From Geosiphon pyriformis uo1 (taxonomy: Eukaryota; Fungi; Glomeromycota): a stretch of DNA of 64,000 nucleotides. The stretch spans positions 679,496 to 743,495 of the forward strand of contig JAAOMT010000776.1 of the NCBI GenBank assembly GCA_016748015.1, written 5' to 3'. This document shows, piece by piece, positions 41,001 to 56,200 of this stretch (the stretch's first letter is position 1; every line of letters begins with the position of its first letter). Below the pieces are notes generated by a model. That model had not been told where the DNA came from, ran no database searches, and saw only the letters and a list, made by a program, of their open reading frames with translations. The translations under genes were made by a program, and so were the position numbers.

Positions 41001-42039
41001 AACTAAGCAACAATTAGAGAAAGAAAGAAAGAAAGAAATTCAAGTAGAATGTCTTCTATCTGATTAATTCCAACAATCTTGGTAACAGCAGAAATCACGA
41101 CGATGGTATGCTGGATGCTAAAGAGGAAGCAGACAAAAAGATCAAAAAGATAACATATCTTTCAATCAAAATTACTTTTTCACTTTGTCTGGTTTTGTTA
41201 CAGCATGCCCCATATACGGCATAAAACTAAAGATTCGACATGGCTTATAAGTTAGCAAAGCTAAATGAAACATATACTGTAAAGAAAAATAAAATGCTAG
41301 TTTTTTAATTAAAACTCAAAATATCAAGAGAGTAGTCAACTGACTGGATAAATAATTTTAAAAATGCCATTCTTCACCATAACTACTAAATGTACAACGT
41401 TTTCTTCGCAGTTCTTAACGACGACTCTTTTCGAAGTCGAAAAAAAAAACGATTCAATCAGCAAGCTAAAGAAGATTATCAAGTAGAGAGTGTTATTTTT
41501 AGATCATATTTTCATGAACGAACTCGCACTCTAAAGATTAATATTTCTACCAGCAAGAAAAGAGATGAGCTGAAAATCCTGTAAGAAAAGCCTTATGCTA
41601 GAATTTGCAAATGAAAAAGGCAAAGTTCATGAGTTAAATTTATTATCATCTGCTTCTATTTGATAAGGAATTAATTCAACTCTTTAGCAGTTTTTGGCTA
41701 ATGAAAGGGAAAAGAAAAAGAGAGCAAATATATTGAAGGGAAGTTTGGTTCTATTAACGACTTTATTTTCTATGGTAATCTACAAAAATGAATTTCTTGT
41801 GGCAAATATTCAAATCTATAAAAAATTTTAGATACACCTAAAATAAAAGGTTAATATAACAAGGAATAAATATATAATAATTTTGTTTATAAATTAGAAT
41901 TTTGAAAACTTCTTTGATATAAAAGATATAGTGTGATAGGTGATTGGAAAAAAATCTTTTTCAAAAAAAAGTTAATAATTATATTACCTATTATTTTATT
42001 TTGTTTAAATGAGATGTTACAAAAAAACAAATAAGCTTA

Positions 42040-43410
42040 ATTTATAGGATTTTTATGGCATTAGTTTTTTATTTTTTGATGCATGAAAACCCACAGCAGT
42101 ATTTGAATAGCCTCTAAAGTAATTCAAAAGTATAAATATAAACTACACCTCTCCTACAATGATTAAATGGATAAATCAAATTGATATCCCACTAAAAATC
42201 AATCAAATCAAAAAACGCTCACAGTCACAACCCAAGAGACAAATTTTAACTTATGATGAAGAGTTAGAGGTTTTCTCGGATATTGTATTCATGATAAATG
42301 CCATTAACCGCTTCGGTCTAAATAATATCGTTTTAAGAGTGCCTGGTTTACAAATTTAAGATTTTTGATTTTCTAAAAAAATTAGTCTTAAATGAAGGTT
42401 TCCTTAAAGAAATTAATAAATCTTTCAAATACTATTAATCAGTGGGGATTCAATATTATCAAGCCACATCGGAATAAATTGTATTTGCGGGGCTAGTAAT
42501 TATCTCAACCCCTTTAATATTTTTAAATCAAATAAAAACTTGAGATAATAATGCTTCTTTATTTATATTAGAAATTAACAAAAAAAGAATGGGCTTCAAG
42601 AAAGTCAAAACAAATCCTACTTTGTTTTAAAATGGTCTAAAGTTGGGCGAAAAATTTTTGTAGACTCAAAATTATTGAAAGATGTGAAAATATTAGCTCA
42701 TATTTTAATCCAAGCTATTCAATCATCTTTAATTCAATTCCCAAGAGTAACTGAATGGTATGATATTATATTTACAGGACATGGTCTTGGTGGAGGTTAG
42801 TTTCCTAAATGGTTTTTATTTTAAAGTTTGAAGTAAGAATCATTTATTTTTTTAATTATATATATATATATAAGCATATGCCTGCATTGCTGCAGTTATG
42901 TGGGTAATTGCAAAAAATAAAATTCTAAATATGAATACTTGGTCGAATATTAATTTAAGCGGAATAGGGCAGGGTATTTATACTTTTGGAGCTCCGAGAG
43001 TTGGAAACGAGCACCTTAGCTATAATTTTACAAAAATATTCTTCACCGCCACTTTACCCATGGAAATGATCATGTGCCGCACTTTCCTGTGTCTTTAATG
43101 GGGAGGAGAGATTTCGGTACTGAAATTTGGATTGAGCCATTGAGTAATTGTAATTGTCCTGATGAAACTAAATATGTATTGGGATTGTAATTCTTCTGAT
43201 TTGATGTCAAGTCAAAGAGAAGAATAGTTGAATTTGCAGTATTCTGATGAGAATATGGTTAGTGATAATCTATATTAGATTAGAAAATTTTTGATAAAGG
43301 TGTTAAAAAACAATGTTTTATTATTATTTTAAGAGTGTAATTCTGGTCAATCAATAAACAAAGTTCCTGACAAATTATTTCATAATAGCCCTTATTTTAG
43401 GGTTGAATGA
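42040..43410 (+). pseudogene. Class-3 lipase-like pseudogene A
   Basis: IIFTGHGLGG (42777-42794), then a phase-1 intron 42796-42874, then AYACIAAVM, IYTFGAPRVGN, THGNDHVPHFP, GTEIWI, and last exon ECNSG..HNSPYF. Frameshifts occur after VGN and after the CNC motif. The 5' boundary is approximate. Confidence 0.85.
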
Positions 43411-46400
43411 GCAATTGCGAACCAATTAGTAAATTCGAGAATTTTAAGCTTTGAAAAATTATGAAAATAGAAATAATTAGTAGTAGCTAATATTTTCTTT
43501 TTGCTATAAATTCAATGATTTGAGAATATTTTTAGTTTAAACAAAAAAGAAAGAGCTTTTGGTATATTTATTCTCCTTGGATTGATTGATTAATAAATTA
43601 TGGCAATTAGCTTCGAATAAATGTTTTTGAGATGGGATATTATTTTAACATTTTCTATATTTCCTTTATTAATAGCTAAGAGGTTATGAAAAATTATGTA
43701 CTTTATATATTGTTTTCTTCTTTTTTTTATTTAAAGAAATATATGTATTTATTCTAAACCACTTTTGATATAAAACAAATTCAATTTTTTAAAACGCTAT
43801 AAGGTGTGCTAAGAGTATTATAAATTTAAAGTTTTATTGACTGTTGCCTAAAAATATTGCTGTGAATTAGATTAATAAATTTTTATTTTTAAATTAATAA
43901 TTTATAATTATAAGTAAAATAAAGATTATTTTTTTATTTAAAAGATTTATAATTTAATTAAAAAATTCTATTTTAATAAATTTTTATTGAAAATTATTAT
44001 TATAAACTTGAATTTATAATATTTAAGAGAATTAAAGTTTTAACTATTTATATCGTTATATGTCTGTTATGATAATAATAATTTCATTATTATTATTTTA
44101 AAAATTAAATTAGATTTAATTGAAACTTGTCTTCAATATATTTATTTTTTTAATTTATATCAAAAAAGATTTTCACCAATAAAAATAAAATATTTTTTTG
44201 ATGACTATTTCCCAATCATAAAATGATATTTAATATTGTAAAATTTTTTTGGAAAATTTTTAATTACCAATTTTTCTGATTGTCTTTAAATATATTTTTA
44301 TCCGCATGAAAATAATTTACTTAAAACCAATTTTTAAAAATTATTCTATTATAATAATATTCTATTAAATTATGTTTATAATTTTATATGAATTAAATAA
44401 TTAAAAATTTTGTTTATTTGCTCCTCATAATAAACCAAGTTCAAGATAAAAATAACACTATAATTTTAATCTATTAATATTCACCACCACTACATATAAT
44501 AATATTGAAAATGTATTAAAAATTTTAATTTTAATTAATCAATTATACAAAATATAAATTATGAAAATAACATAAAGCTAATTATTTTTGTTAAAACTTG
44601 TTTAAACAACTTTTTAAGCATTAAAAAAAGCAGGTTATTTAATTTCTTTCTGAAAAAAATATTAAAAAAAGTTTCATTAATAATCATAATTAAAAATGTC
44701 ATTAAATTTATAATATATAGAAAGTATATTTTATTTTGAAAATTTTTTATGTTAATAATTAAATTGAATCGCTTTACAAAAATTCTTTTTTTATATAAAA
44801 TTTGTTGCTCATTTTCTCTTCGAATTTTCTTCGAATTTTGGGTTGCTCAACAAGCAAAGGACTTATTCAAAACTTATATTGCAAAACTCGAGAAAAATAT
44901 AAATAATCTAATTGATATTTGGCTGGAAAAGCAAAACAAACCAATTTTTAAAATCACCAATAATGGAAATTTGACCACAATAAAAGCTAGTTTTTCGGTG
45001 ATTATAAAATTTCTATCCAGACCCTCTATTCTAGATTATTTCTTTGTGATTTATAACACTCATTAAACAATTTCATCGATTCTTAAGGGTCATATATTAA
45101 GGGATTAAATTGAATAAGATTCATTGTTTGTCATGAGATGTTCCGGTTTGTTGTAATCTGTTTTTACAAAATAAAAAATTTTCGTTACTTGCTATCCACT
45201 AATTTTTTACTCTGATTCATGATAACTTCTATATCAGGCACTTATATGAATTCTGTAAAGTTAATCCATGGCAGTTCGGGTTAACCTTTTTATTTTAGAT
45301 ACACACAAATATTTTTGGGAAAAGAATAACATTTTACATCTATTAGCTTTAGTTAATAGAGCAACATTAATATTACATGTATATATATTTAGTGAAAATT
45401 AAAATTAATTTTAATGTGGGCAATTTGAAGTTTTGAACCAGCACTACATTTTCTAAAGATTCAAATTCAACACATTTCACGAAATATGGTTCTACATAGG
45501 CTGTAAAAGTCTTATAGTCTTGACCAGTTGCTGCACAGCTCTGAAGGAACAAATAATAAATCCCAATCAATATGAGAAGATCTCAAAAATATTAAAGGTA
45601 CCCAAAATGGTTTATTTTGAAAAGGCTTTTTAAACCCTATTTCTAATCCATCTTCTGATCTACATTCAAAAATTCACTTTTGTGATAGACATAAAGAGAC
45701 AAATCTTGTATTGATATAAGTCCTTTAGTATTCGGAATAAGAAGTGGTGGCCAGTCTATTATAGTGTTTTTAGCAAACGTAGCATGGAATATTGCAAACC
45801 GACCAAGGTCAATTAAAGTCAAATAAAGTTTGCAAATTTCTCATTGCCAATACATGGTTGATGATATGTGAAGACACCAAAATCATAATCTAATCACAAA
45901 TGTTATTGTTACTACTAACAAGAAATAGTTGATGATTTTTCACATACCCCCACTGAGCCCATGTTTTGACAAAGCGAAAGACAAATTTGAATTTTGATTA
46001 GCAAGTGGTTCAAATATATTGAGGAATTCCTTTTGATAGCCAATCCAGGTTGTATAAATTTCTTTATGAATTTTTTCTTCACTTTATCTACTTGACAACC
46101 ATTTTTTTATGAAAACTTTTCTTCTTATCAATAACAGAATAACTATTTTTGATCAGCTATCCCTAATTCCATTGATTATTTAATGCTAGAAAGGAGGAAA
46201 AAACTAATAAAGAGGGTATCAATTTAGCTGGCATTTCTAAAAAAAAAATTTCAAATAATTTGGGAAAGAATCAAAATCAGTTCTTGTTAATTAGCATCGT
46301 GTGTTAGATTTGTATTTAAATTATTAGCAGTTAAAAGTTAGAATAAAAAACAAGATCAGAATTTCTTATAATTTTGGAAAATAATGATTGATATATTTTA

Positions 46401-47403
46401 GAAAAACAAAAATATAATTGATATTTTGGCAAGAGAATATATATTAAAACATATCAAATATGATTTATAAAAAACTAGAAGGCACTTTATACATTCATTC
46501 ATTTGTTTGTTGTCTCAATTTATGGCTGACTTTAATTTAGGAATCACTCTAAATTGTTATTAATTGGATTTTTAACATTGAGGGAAATTAGGTTCAAAAG
46601 TATTTAAATTTACTGCTCTTTTAGCACTAATTTAAAATTAGCAATCTGCGTTATGCTACGCTTTTTTATTAAAAGTATTTATCAAATGACTTGAGATTTC
46701 AAGTAAATGTAACTGATAACTATATCCTTTATCCTAATGTTTTGTTGTGGAAACATCTTTTAGAATTTTAATAGCATTCAATCTCTTAATAAAACTTTGT
46801 AAACATTTAAAAATTGTGTTTGTACACTTTGAATATAAATATTAACCATTTTATGAATGCTATATGTTCAATAAGCTACCAAAAAAGACTGATATAGCTC
46901 CTTAGAAATTTAAATTAAAAATCTTCAAGTCCATGTATGTTATTTAAAACATTTATGATTTTTCAATCAGTTTTCAAAGAATATTTTTTAAAGCCAAATT
47001 CTAGTACAATTCATATTAGGTGAGCTTACTTTCCAAAATTGATGATAAAATAAAATAATTCCTCTAGTATTAATAAAATAATATCACTTTTAATATCATT
47101 TATTTTTTGGCATATTATTTTTTTCTCACTTATTTTACTTTAAGTCTCAAAAATATTCCCCCCCCCCCTTATAGTCACATTAAGGGAAAAATGGATAAAT
47201 AAACAACTAAATCACAGTGAAAAAGAAAATTTCCCGCGATATCAATGATTGATTGAATTAAATTAATTAATCAATTGTCAATCTCATTACACAATTGCTT
47301 TTAAATAAACTCTATGTTAAAATCTTACGAGATTTGAATATACCTGTTGGAGATACTTCGAACTCATACCAAAATCATTATTTACGAGGTTTTAGTTGTA
47401 AGA

Positions 47404-48735
47404 ATGCACCAAAAGTCAGCACTTTATATTAAAAGACGGTTAGGAAGTCGTATATTTCAGCTATACTTTATCGCTTTTCTTTTTGTATTAAAGTTTGTCT
47501 GGGTAATAATACCATGGAAATTCTCCCAACATTCTGGCAATCTTAAAGCATCGGCTCATTCAAGGCTTGTTCTAGCAGGAAACGATGCCCATGAGAATCT
47601 TATAACTCAACAAGTGAAGGTTTTACCACGGCCTAATTTAAAAATTAAAGAAAATTTTTTTGCCGGAAAAAATAACATCACAGAGATCAACAGACATTTT
47701 TACTCAAAGAAATACAAAACACCTTTTTTCAAAAAAAAAATCTATTAATACACTAAAATTGCTGCGGGTTCTTATAGTCTTAGTAAAGTGCAAGCTATTG
47801 GGCCAGAAATTTATGGTATTTTTATTTGAAATTAGCAGGTGTGATTTTCAAAATAATTTTGTCGTGACAGAATGGTTTTGACTCTGTTGCAGCGGGGTTT
47901 TATACTATCGGTGACACAATATTCATCGCTGTAAAAAGGAAAATCATTAGGAAATGAGGAATACTGGAGAAATAGGGAAAATATCTTGGTTCCTTATCGA
48001 ATGGATGGAAGAAAAATTGACTATGAGTTTCAGAGACGTTTTGAGATTATAAAACCAAAATTTCAAGATTTTATAATTCTCAACTTCAAAGTGAAGCTCT
48101 CCAACATGTTATCGCAGTTGGACATAATTTGGGTGGTGGTAAGAAGCTTATAGAATTTTCTAAAATTAAATTACGTTTAATTTAAATACTAAATCGCTTT
48201 ACTTTGACCATTTCAGTACATGTTTTGCTTGGAATGCTAGAATTAATAGCGCTCAACCTTAAACAAAACATAAACGTTTATACTTTTGGAAAACCTCGCG
48301 TTGGCAATCGTCAATTTACACATTATGTGAATTCACTTACCAGTAAGATGCGTATTCATCGGATCACTAATATGGATGATTATGTTCCAAGGCTACCACC
48401 GAGTGTTTCGTTTTACACCCACACTATGTTGGAATATTGGATTGAGGCAGATGATTGTTTGTGTTTTACAGGAAACTTATTTTTGTGTGCAGGACCAGTA
48501 TCAGGGCGAGATCATTTTATCGAAGAGAGCCAGGTAAATATTTCTAAAGTTCCTTCTTAAATTTTTAAAAATTATTAATTTTAAATATATTCATCTTTAT
48601 TTTTATTTTTTTATAGCCATGTAACAACCAATACTCAACCAATACTCAACCAATAATTATGCTGTGCATAGTGGTCCTTACTTTCGTTGGAAGATGCAAT
48701 GTCCACCTGGAGGCTTTCTATGGCTGCCTCTCTAA
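47404..48735 (+). pseudogene. Class-3 lipase-like pseudogene B
   Basis: Hydrophobic N-terminus; in-frame TAA at 47746-47748 before YTKIAAGSY; a frameshift before VIAVGHNLGG (48120-48137); intron 48139-48216; then VYTFGKPRVGNRQF, RITNMDDYVPRLPP, HTMLEYWI, and last exon HSGPYF. Confidence 0.88.
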
Positions 48736-51700
48736 GACGGAATTATTATACAGTGGGTGACGAAAAATTTAACATTCAAAGATAATCAATTCGCAATGTT
48801 GCGACATTGGATTTACTAAATTGATCCACCTAGTTTTTGGCAAAGAATCATATTGTTCAAACATATATTATTCAAATTAGCTTGCTACATCCTTGATTGA
48901 CCACATTCGTTTTAAATATAAATTGTTTACAAAGCCACAAATTGGATTACTTGGGCTTTTACATCTATTTGGGAAGTATAAAAAAATAAAGAAGCTTCAT
49001 ATGTGGTAAATTTTGCGAGTTGTTGGCTAAGTTTTTTTTACACACAGACTAATTACAAAAATATTTTACAATCATCAAATCTTGAAAGATTAAAGAACAA
49101 TTATTTTATTTTTCCTTTTTTCTTGAATTATAATTCATAGAGTTAAGTTAAAAGCATTAATTGAGACATAAGATTATAAAAACTGTATTATTTTTTTATT
49201 AACATTTGGAGACTATTTTTCAACTTTCAAATTTTCTTGAAAAAAAATTAATAACTGTCATTTTGAGACTGATTATATTAATTAAATTATCTATATATTC
49301 AATTTCTCTTTTTTTTATATTGTTTTTAATTATCTTACTTTTAACTATTTATTATCATGTGATTTTGACTTATAATATTACAATACATGTATATAGTATT
49401 TTTTTAAAAAGATACTGTACATTAATTGCTTTTTTTTTAATATATAAATAAATTATTAATTATTTAATACTGTTTTTAAAAATATTTATTTCAATTTTTG
49501 TTTAATTATTAAAAATGTTGCATAAACATGAAAATATCGTTTTTTTAATTAGCTAATAAAAATATTTATCACATATAATGATAAGCATAAAAAACAAGTT
49601 TTTTTTTAACATAAACATTAAATATAATAATAAACTTTGAATATCAATTATAAAATTTTAAACAAACAAAATTTTAAGAATTGAAATAATGAAAAAATTT
49701 TAACAGCTTAAACAAAATTTATTTATAAACGTAAATATAAAAAGTTAACAATTTTTGTCAATAACTTAAATTAATAATAAGATAATATTTATCTTAAAAT
49801 TAAAAAAGCCTATTTCGATAAAATATAAACCAATAAATATAAAATAAGATAAATAAATTAATAAATAGATTGAATCAGATTAAAGATAAAAAGTCTCAAA
49901 AGCATTTTTGAAGGGGTTACAGTTTTTTAGAATATTATATACTAAAATAATCTCATCTATTGTTAAAATTTATATTCCAAAAATAATCTTTCAAATCTCG
50001 GAGTAAATTAATTTAGTGTGCTAGATTTTATAAGAATAGAAATCTTTTTTAGGCATAATATTTCTAAAGAATCTGCTTGTTAATTAAAAGATATTCAAAA
50101 GAGATAATAACAGCATAAGCTTGAGTTTTAAAAATATTAGATTTCTTAACCCTTTGTTCAGCAAGATAAACTTAGTTTGAATATTTTTAAAATGAATTTA
50201 ATTCTAAAATAATAAGTTAAATATATTTTTTCATTAGAAAATAATCAATAAATGTTAAATTTTTACATTAGATACAAATTATAATTAAATTCAATATGTG
50301 AAGATAAAAATTAAGAAACGGCAATAGGTATTAAATAAAATAAAAATTTGTAAATGTGAAGAGTAGCAATAATAGTTAATTTTTTAACAAGTTTGTTGAT
50401 TTAATTTAAATTCTATTTATTAAATTTCACTGTCTAAAAGAAGATATATATTTGCATAAGAATAAAAAGTTTAATAAAATTATTATGTTCAACTATTAAT
50501 GTCTTTTATAATTAGAAAATGAAATGATGAACAGTAAACTTCATTCTTTACTTGTAAGAATGTTATTTAACCATAATTGATTAATTAATAAATGAGTCTG
50601 TAGTTTTTAATATCCAGCTTTATCAAGCATAAAGGCACCAAAAAAATATTTTTTTTTAATATTTCAATCCAAATGACAGTTAATAATTATTAATTGATTT
50701 TTTTCGACAATTATGTCATAAGTAAGAATTATAAATATAAATCAAAGTTTTGTGATATTTTTTTGAACAGTTAAAATTGTTAAATAATTTACATATTAAT
50801 AAATATGACATTATTCTATTTATTTATGAATATACATACAGATATAATTATAATAAATAGCTTTTCTATGTTTCTATTATGTTACTATCTAATATTGTTC
50901 ATTTTTAAAAAATTTTAAAATTAAAAATAAGAATAATAAAATAATTTTCTGTTATTTTCTTGATTTTTACTGTAAATAGTTTAATTTTTTTTTAATATAA
51001 TCTTAAATTAATATTTTTTGTAATTTATTCTTAAAAGATTATGTGATAGTTAATAAATTATATCATGTTTATAATGCTAAAAATTCAAATAAAGTTTCTA
51101 GTTTACCATTTAAATTTATACAAAATTGTTATTTTTAATTTAAAATTATAATGCAATAAAATAAGAATTTTTTGTTTTTTGTTTTAATAAAGTGAGGTCC
51201 TTCTATTATTTACTTTAGCTATAAACAGCAACTATAAATATTAATTGTGTGTTTTTAATACATGACTAGCCACTCAGACTTTTGTTAAAGCTAATCACAT
51301 TTATATTACTATTATTACTTATTATCTTAATCTAAACAAATAATCTATGTGTGAAAATATACAATTTTTAAAAAATTATAAATCACTTATTTTGATAAAT
51401 AAATTATAATAAAAAATAATTTCTAGTCAAAAATAAGCTAAATTCAAAATCAAACAGTTTGTATAACTTATAAACTTATAATATATAATATATATAACAA
51501 TATATAATATTGTATTGTAATATAAAAGATAGAAGTTGATAAATAAGCTAATTTCTCTAAATTTTTTATTAAAATTAGACTTTTTTAATAAACAGTTTTT
51601 GAAACCAAAAGTTTTATTAAATTATAATTTATTTTAGTAATAATACTAATAAAAATTTAGCTCAGATATTATATATGTATTTTAATAAAGAAACTAAAAT

Positions 51701-51969
51701 TTTGGCTGTTAAGATATTTCATTTTTTTAGAAAGAGACTTTGATATTTAATTATAACAAGTTGCAAAATTACTTTAGAGTAATCTTTTAGACAAAATATT
51801 TGAAAAACTAAAAAAAATAGAAAGTTTAAAGACTCAATTAATCAATTAATAAAATACTAATTAACATTTTACTTTAGTTTCAAATAAGTGTTAAATCATA
51901 TATTAATCACATAAATACTAATATGTGGAAAAAAATCTTAGAGTAGATTAAATTAATTATATTTACTAA

Positions 51970-53288
51970 TATTACTGCAACAATATTTTCAAGCTTTATT
52001 CAATAATTTTAGAAATCTATTTGACAATCAAAAGTTCTCTGATGTTAAAATTATAGTTGACAAAGTGCTTAATATTAAAACTTTTTATGCATATTTGCAA
52101 ATTTTAATAACATAATTACTATATTTTATTGTAGTTTTTTTTGGAAATTAAATTAAAAAAGAAAAAGTACTATTATCTTTATTAAATTTAATATTTTACC
52201 AAATATTTTTAAGATAATTCTTAAGTATAGAATTTTTTTATTTCAAATATTTTGGATAATATTAATTTAAATGTTTTATTTTCTTGCAAAGATATAATTA
52301 TAATAACATAATTTTTTTAGATAAACATAAAATATTTATTATTTTAGAATTGCTTATCACAATTAACAAGCTTATTCTAGAAAATTTTATTAATATTTTT
52401 AAAGACTATTTAATTGAACACCATTCAAAAAAGCTAAAAATATTTTGCTACTTTGCATAAAACTTTATTTATGTATAATCTTTTCAAAAAGTTACAAAAA
52501 TACTGTATCAAAATAGCTGCTGTTAATTTAGCTATAGTTTTTAACTTTCAAGATTTTACTATGCTTAGCAAAAATCATTTTTGCTTAATTTGAAACCTAA
52601 ATAAATTAAATATACAAAAATTTGAAATATAGAAAAGATTATGAAATAAAATGTTAATTTGGATTCAAATATTTAAGTAAATAAAAATTTTGACTTGACA
52701 GATAACAATTTTAATGCTTTTAAAAAAGTTATTGAAAATTTTAATCTTTAATTTAGTTTTTTAAGATATTTTCAGTTAACTTTTATTACAAAGTAAAATT
52801 ATTTGCAAGAATTTTGTTTGAAACTTTATATAAAGATCAACTTGGAAATAATTTTAAATTGTTATTTTGTAGTAGTTAAAATGGATTTATTTTAACTAAA
52901 TTTCATTTAATTTATAATAATAAAGAAGTAACAATAAGCATAATTAAAGTAAAAAAACTGGTCAGTTAATTGGCAGCTATAATTTACAATTATGGCACTC
53001 TGAAAATAGTTGGTTAAAAAAAAAGGAAGTTTTATTTTTTTTTTAAAAAATGACAATACTAATAATGTTAAACTTGGCAAATTTGTTAATAGATTTGGAT
53101 TTTATGATAATATAAATTTTGGTTCTTATTTTGTATTTTATGGTATTAAATTGCATAACAATAATTTTAAAAGTGAATTTTGTCAAAAGACAACAAATTA
53201 TAAGTATGCTATAATGTCTGAGTTAGAAAATTAATAAGTTAAATTTTTTTTTAAAGAATATAAAGTTTTTCAAATTATAAAAAGATAA
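51970..53288 (+). pseudogene. Degenerate BTB/POZ-(BACK)-TLDc gene
   Basis: FNNFRNLFDNQKFSDVKIIVDKVLNIKTFYAYLQILIT*LLYF matches BTB DVxIxVGxxxxxxxFxAHSxILxxRSPYF. The C-terminal LIGSYNLQLWHSENSW..SFIFFLKN..FGSYF..EYKVFQII matches TLDc IGGYNPxxW..SFIFS..GPxF..EYEVFQI. Confidence 0.8.
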
Positions 53289-56200
53289 AATTTGCTTTTA
53301 TTTAATAAAATTATACATTTTTTGAAAGTTTTACTATCTATTTTAAGAATATTCTATTATTTTAAGCTTTAAAATAAATTAAAAAAATAATATTTTATTT
53401 AATAATAATATTTTTATTTCTAACTATTTAATTTTTTGGTTTTTATTGAATTTAATTTTAATTTTTTAAATATTTATAATTAAAAATTAAAAACAATTTT
53501 ATTTTTAAAAGTAAAAATATTTTAATGCAAATATATTGTTTATAAACAAATTAAAGCTTCAAAATCCCAAAAAATTCAAGTAAAGTTCAATTTAATATTG
53601 TTATTTAAGAAAGTTTTATTAAAAATTTATAAATATATATATTGTTTATACAAACTTTGTATTTTATTTAGAAAAAATATGATAAACTTTCAAAAATATA
53701 GTTTTTATAGACTTTATTTTATGACAATTATATGAATAATTATTCCAAAATTTTCATAATTCTTATTTTTTAAGTGTTTAGTAATTTTTTTTAAAAAAAA
53801 ATATTAATAAAAAAATATAAAATTTATTGGCTTTTAAATTTACAAAGATAATTAAAATTTTGGTTTTAAAAAATACTTTTATGTTTATTACACTAAAATA
53901 ATAAAATTTTATATAATTACTAATTATTCAGCAAATAATTACTCTAAAATTCAAACATGTATTATAAAATTATTTATAATTTTCTTAAAAGCAATAAAAA
54001 AAACTAAAAGAAGTTACATATAAATTTAGATAGTTAACTTTTTAATTTGCCAAAATTTATTTGTTTTAAACTAAATAAATAATACAAAATTATTATATTT
54101 GTAAAAAATTTATCTTCAAAGTTCAGTTTTTTGAAATTTTATAATCTGTTAACTTATAAGAAAACTTTTATTTATAGCTTATTACTATTGTAACAAATTA
54201 AAAAACCAGATTTATCTTATTTTATATACTAAAAGTTTTTTTCAAAATATAATTTTATATAATAAATTTTATTTTACTTTAATTTTAAGTTATAGAACAA
54301 AAATAAACCATTACATAAAAAAAACATTTTATTTTTTCTTTACATACTATTTTATATTTTAGTAATAGTAAAATTAATTTTTTTAAACAGCAAAAATTTG
54401 ATCTAATTGTTTAATTTAAAAATCTAAATATTAATAATGTTTTTAAACCAATAGAATCTAACATATTTTTGAATTAAAAGGTAAATAAAAAATTTAATAT
54501 GATTAATAATTTTGATTTATTATAATATTAACAGTTAATAATAATAAAAAATTTTAAATATTAATTTAATACAAGATTAAATAGCTAATAATATATTTTA
54601 AATCAAAGCTAAATCTCTAATTACATATTTTCAAATTAAAATTAAGTTAATAATAATAAATTTTTAACTTAAGACTAAATTAATAGTAATATATTATTAA
54701 CTTAAGATTAAATTGCTGTTAATTTATTATTAACTGAAAACAAATTATTAACAATATATTATTAATGTAAAATAATATTTTCAACAATCTATTATTAATA
54801 CAAGCCAATATTACTAGTGTAATTAAAATACTAAATTATTTTTCTAATTAGAAATTAAATCAATTTTTAATTTAAATTATTAATAAAAAAGTTTTAAAAG
54901 TTTTAACTCTTTATTTATTACTTTTTTAAAAAATAAAACTTTTAACAATTAATTAAACTCATTCAAAATAGCAAAAACTTCTACTAATAAGTTTTTTCAA
55001 AAAATTGGATTTGTTAAAAATAAGTCTTAATTAAAAGAAAATTTATTAAGAACTAAATTAAATAAACTTAAAATTTTAATTCTACTCAAATTTTTAAAGT
55101 CTTATTACCAAAAATGGAAACAATAATAATTCTAAAAAAATTTTTAAAGCTCAATTTAATAATATTTTATTAATAATTTCTGAATATACAAATATATTAC
55201 CAAATTAATAATTTAAATAATCTATATATTTATATTTGTTTAAGATTTGTTTATGTCAATTTAAAAGCTTATAATAATATTTTTAATTTAAAAATCTTTA
55301 TAATAAAAAACTAGTCAATAAAAAATTATTAAAGTCTTATAAATATAACTGTTAAATTTATGCTAAATAATATATTACATACTTTTACTAAATTAAAAAT
55401 ATATTTTATGGATAGTTATATCTACTATAAAACTATATTTTATGATATTTTTAATTAAATATAATTAATAATTTTAAAACTGTTCAATTTTTATTTCTGT
55501 TTAATAAACTATTTTTTTATTTTCCAAAAATAGAAAAAAATAGAAAAAGTAAAAAATTTAATTATTTAATAATATTCAAGTTACATTTAATTATACAGAT
55601 TTTACTTTATAAAATTTTTTTATTTGTATTAAATTTTAATTAAAAAATATAAATTATATATTTAAAGTAATAATTCAATAAAAAATATATTTCAATTTAA
55701 TAGTAAAAATAGAAAGTTAAATATTGAACAAAATTTTGTGCAATATATAAATATAACAATAATTTTACTAGATAAATATATTATATATATGTTATAATTT
55801 TTTAAACTATTTTATATTCACAAAAATTTTTTTGTTTTTCATTGTTTTGTAAATTTGTTTTTACTGTTTTTTTTGAATATAGTAAAACTTGCAGACAAAT
55901 ATTTAATTTTTTTTTATATCAAGCTAATTTTTTATGTCTAATATAAAATTTTGAATTAATTACATAGTTTTTAAAACACATAACTAAATAAAAAAACTTT
56001 AATTTAAATTATAATTAAAAATAATACCAAAAAAAATACAAATTTTAAAGACCTGAACAATTACAATAAGTTTTAAAAACACAAAAAATGATTTAATATT
56101 CTTTAAAATTTGATACAAATTACTTATAAAAATACATATAATATATCTGTTAAGATTATTTAAGTACATAAACATTAAAACAAATTCTAAAAAAATTATT

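Noticed and set aside
45060-45600. Possible small spliced gene on the minus strand
   Set aside because: No convincing start codon or recognisable domain.
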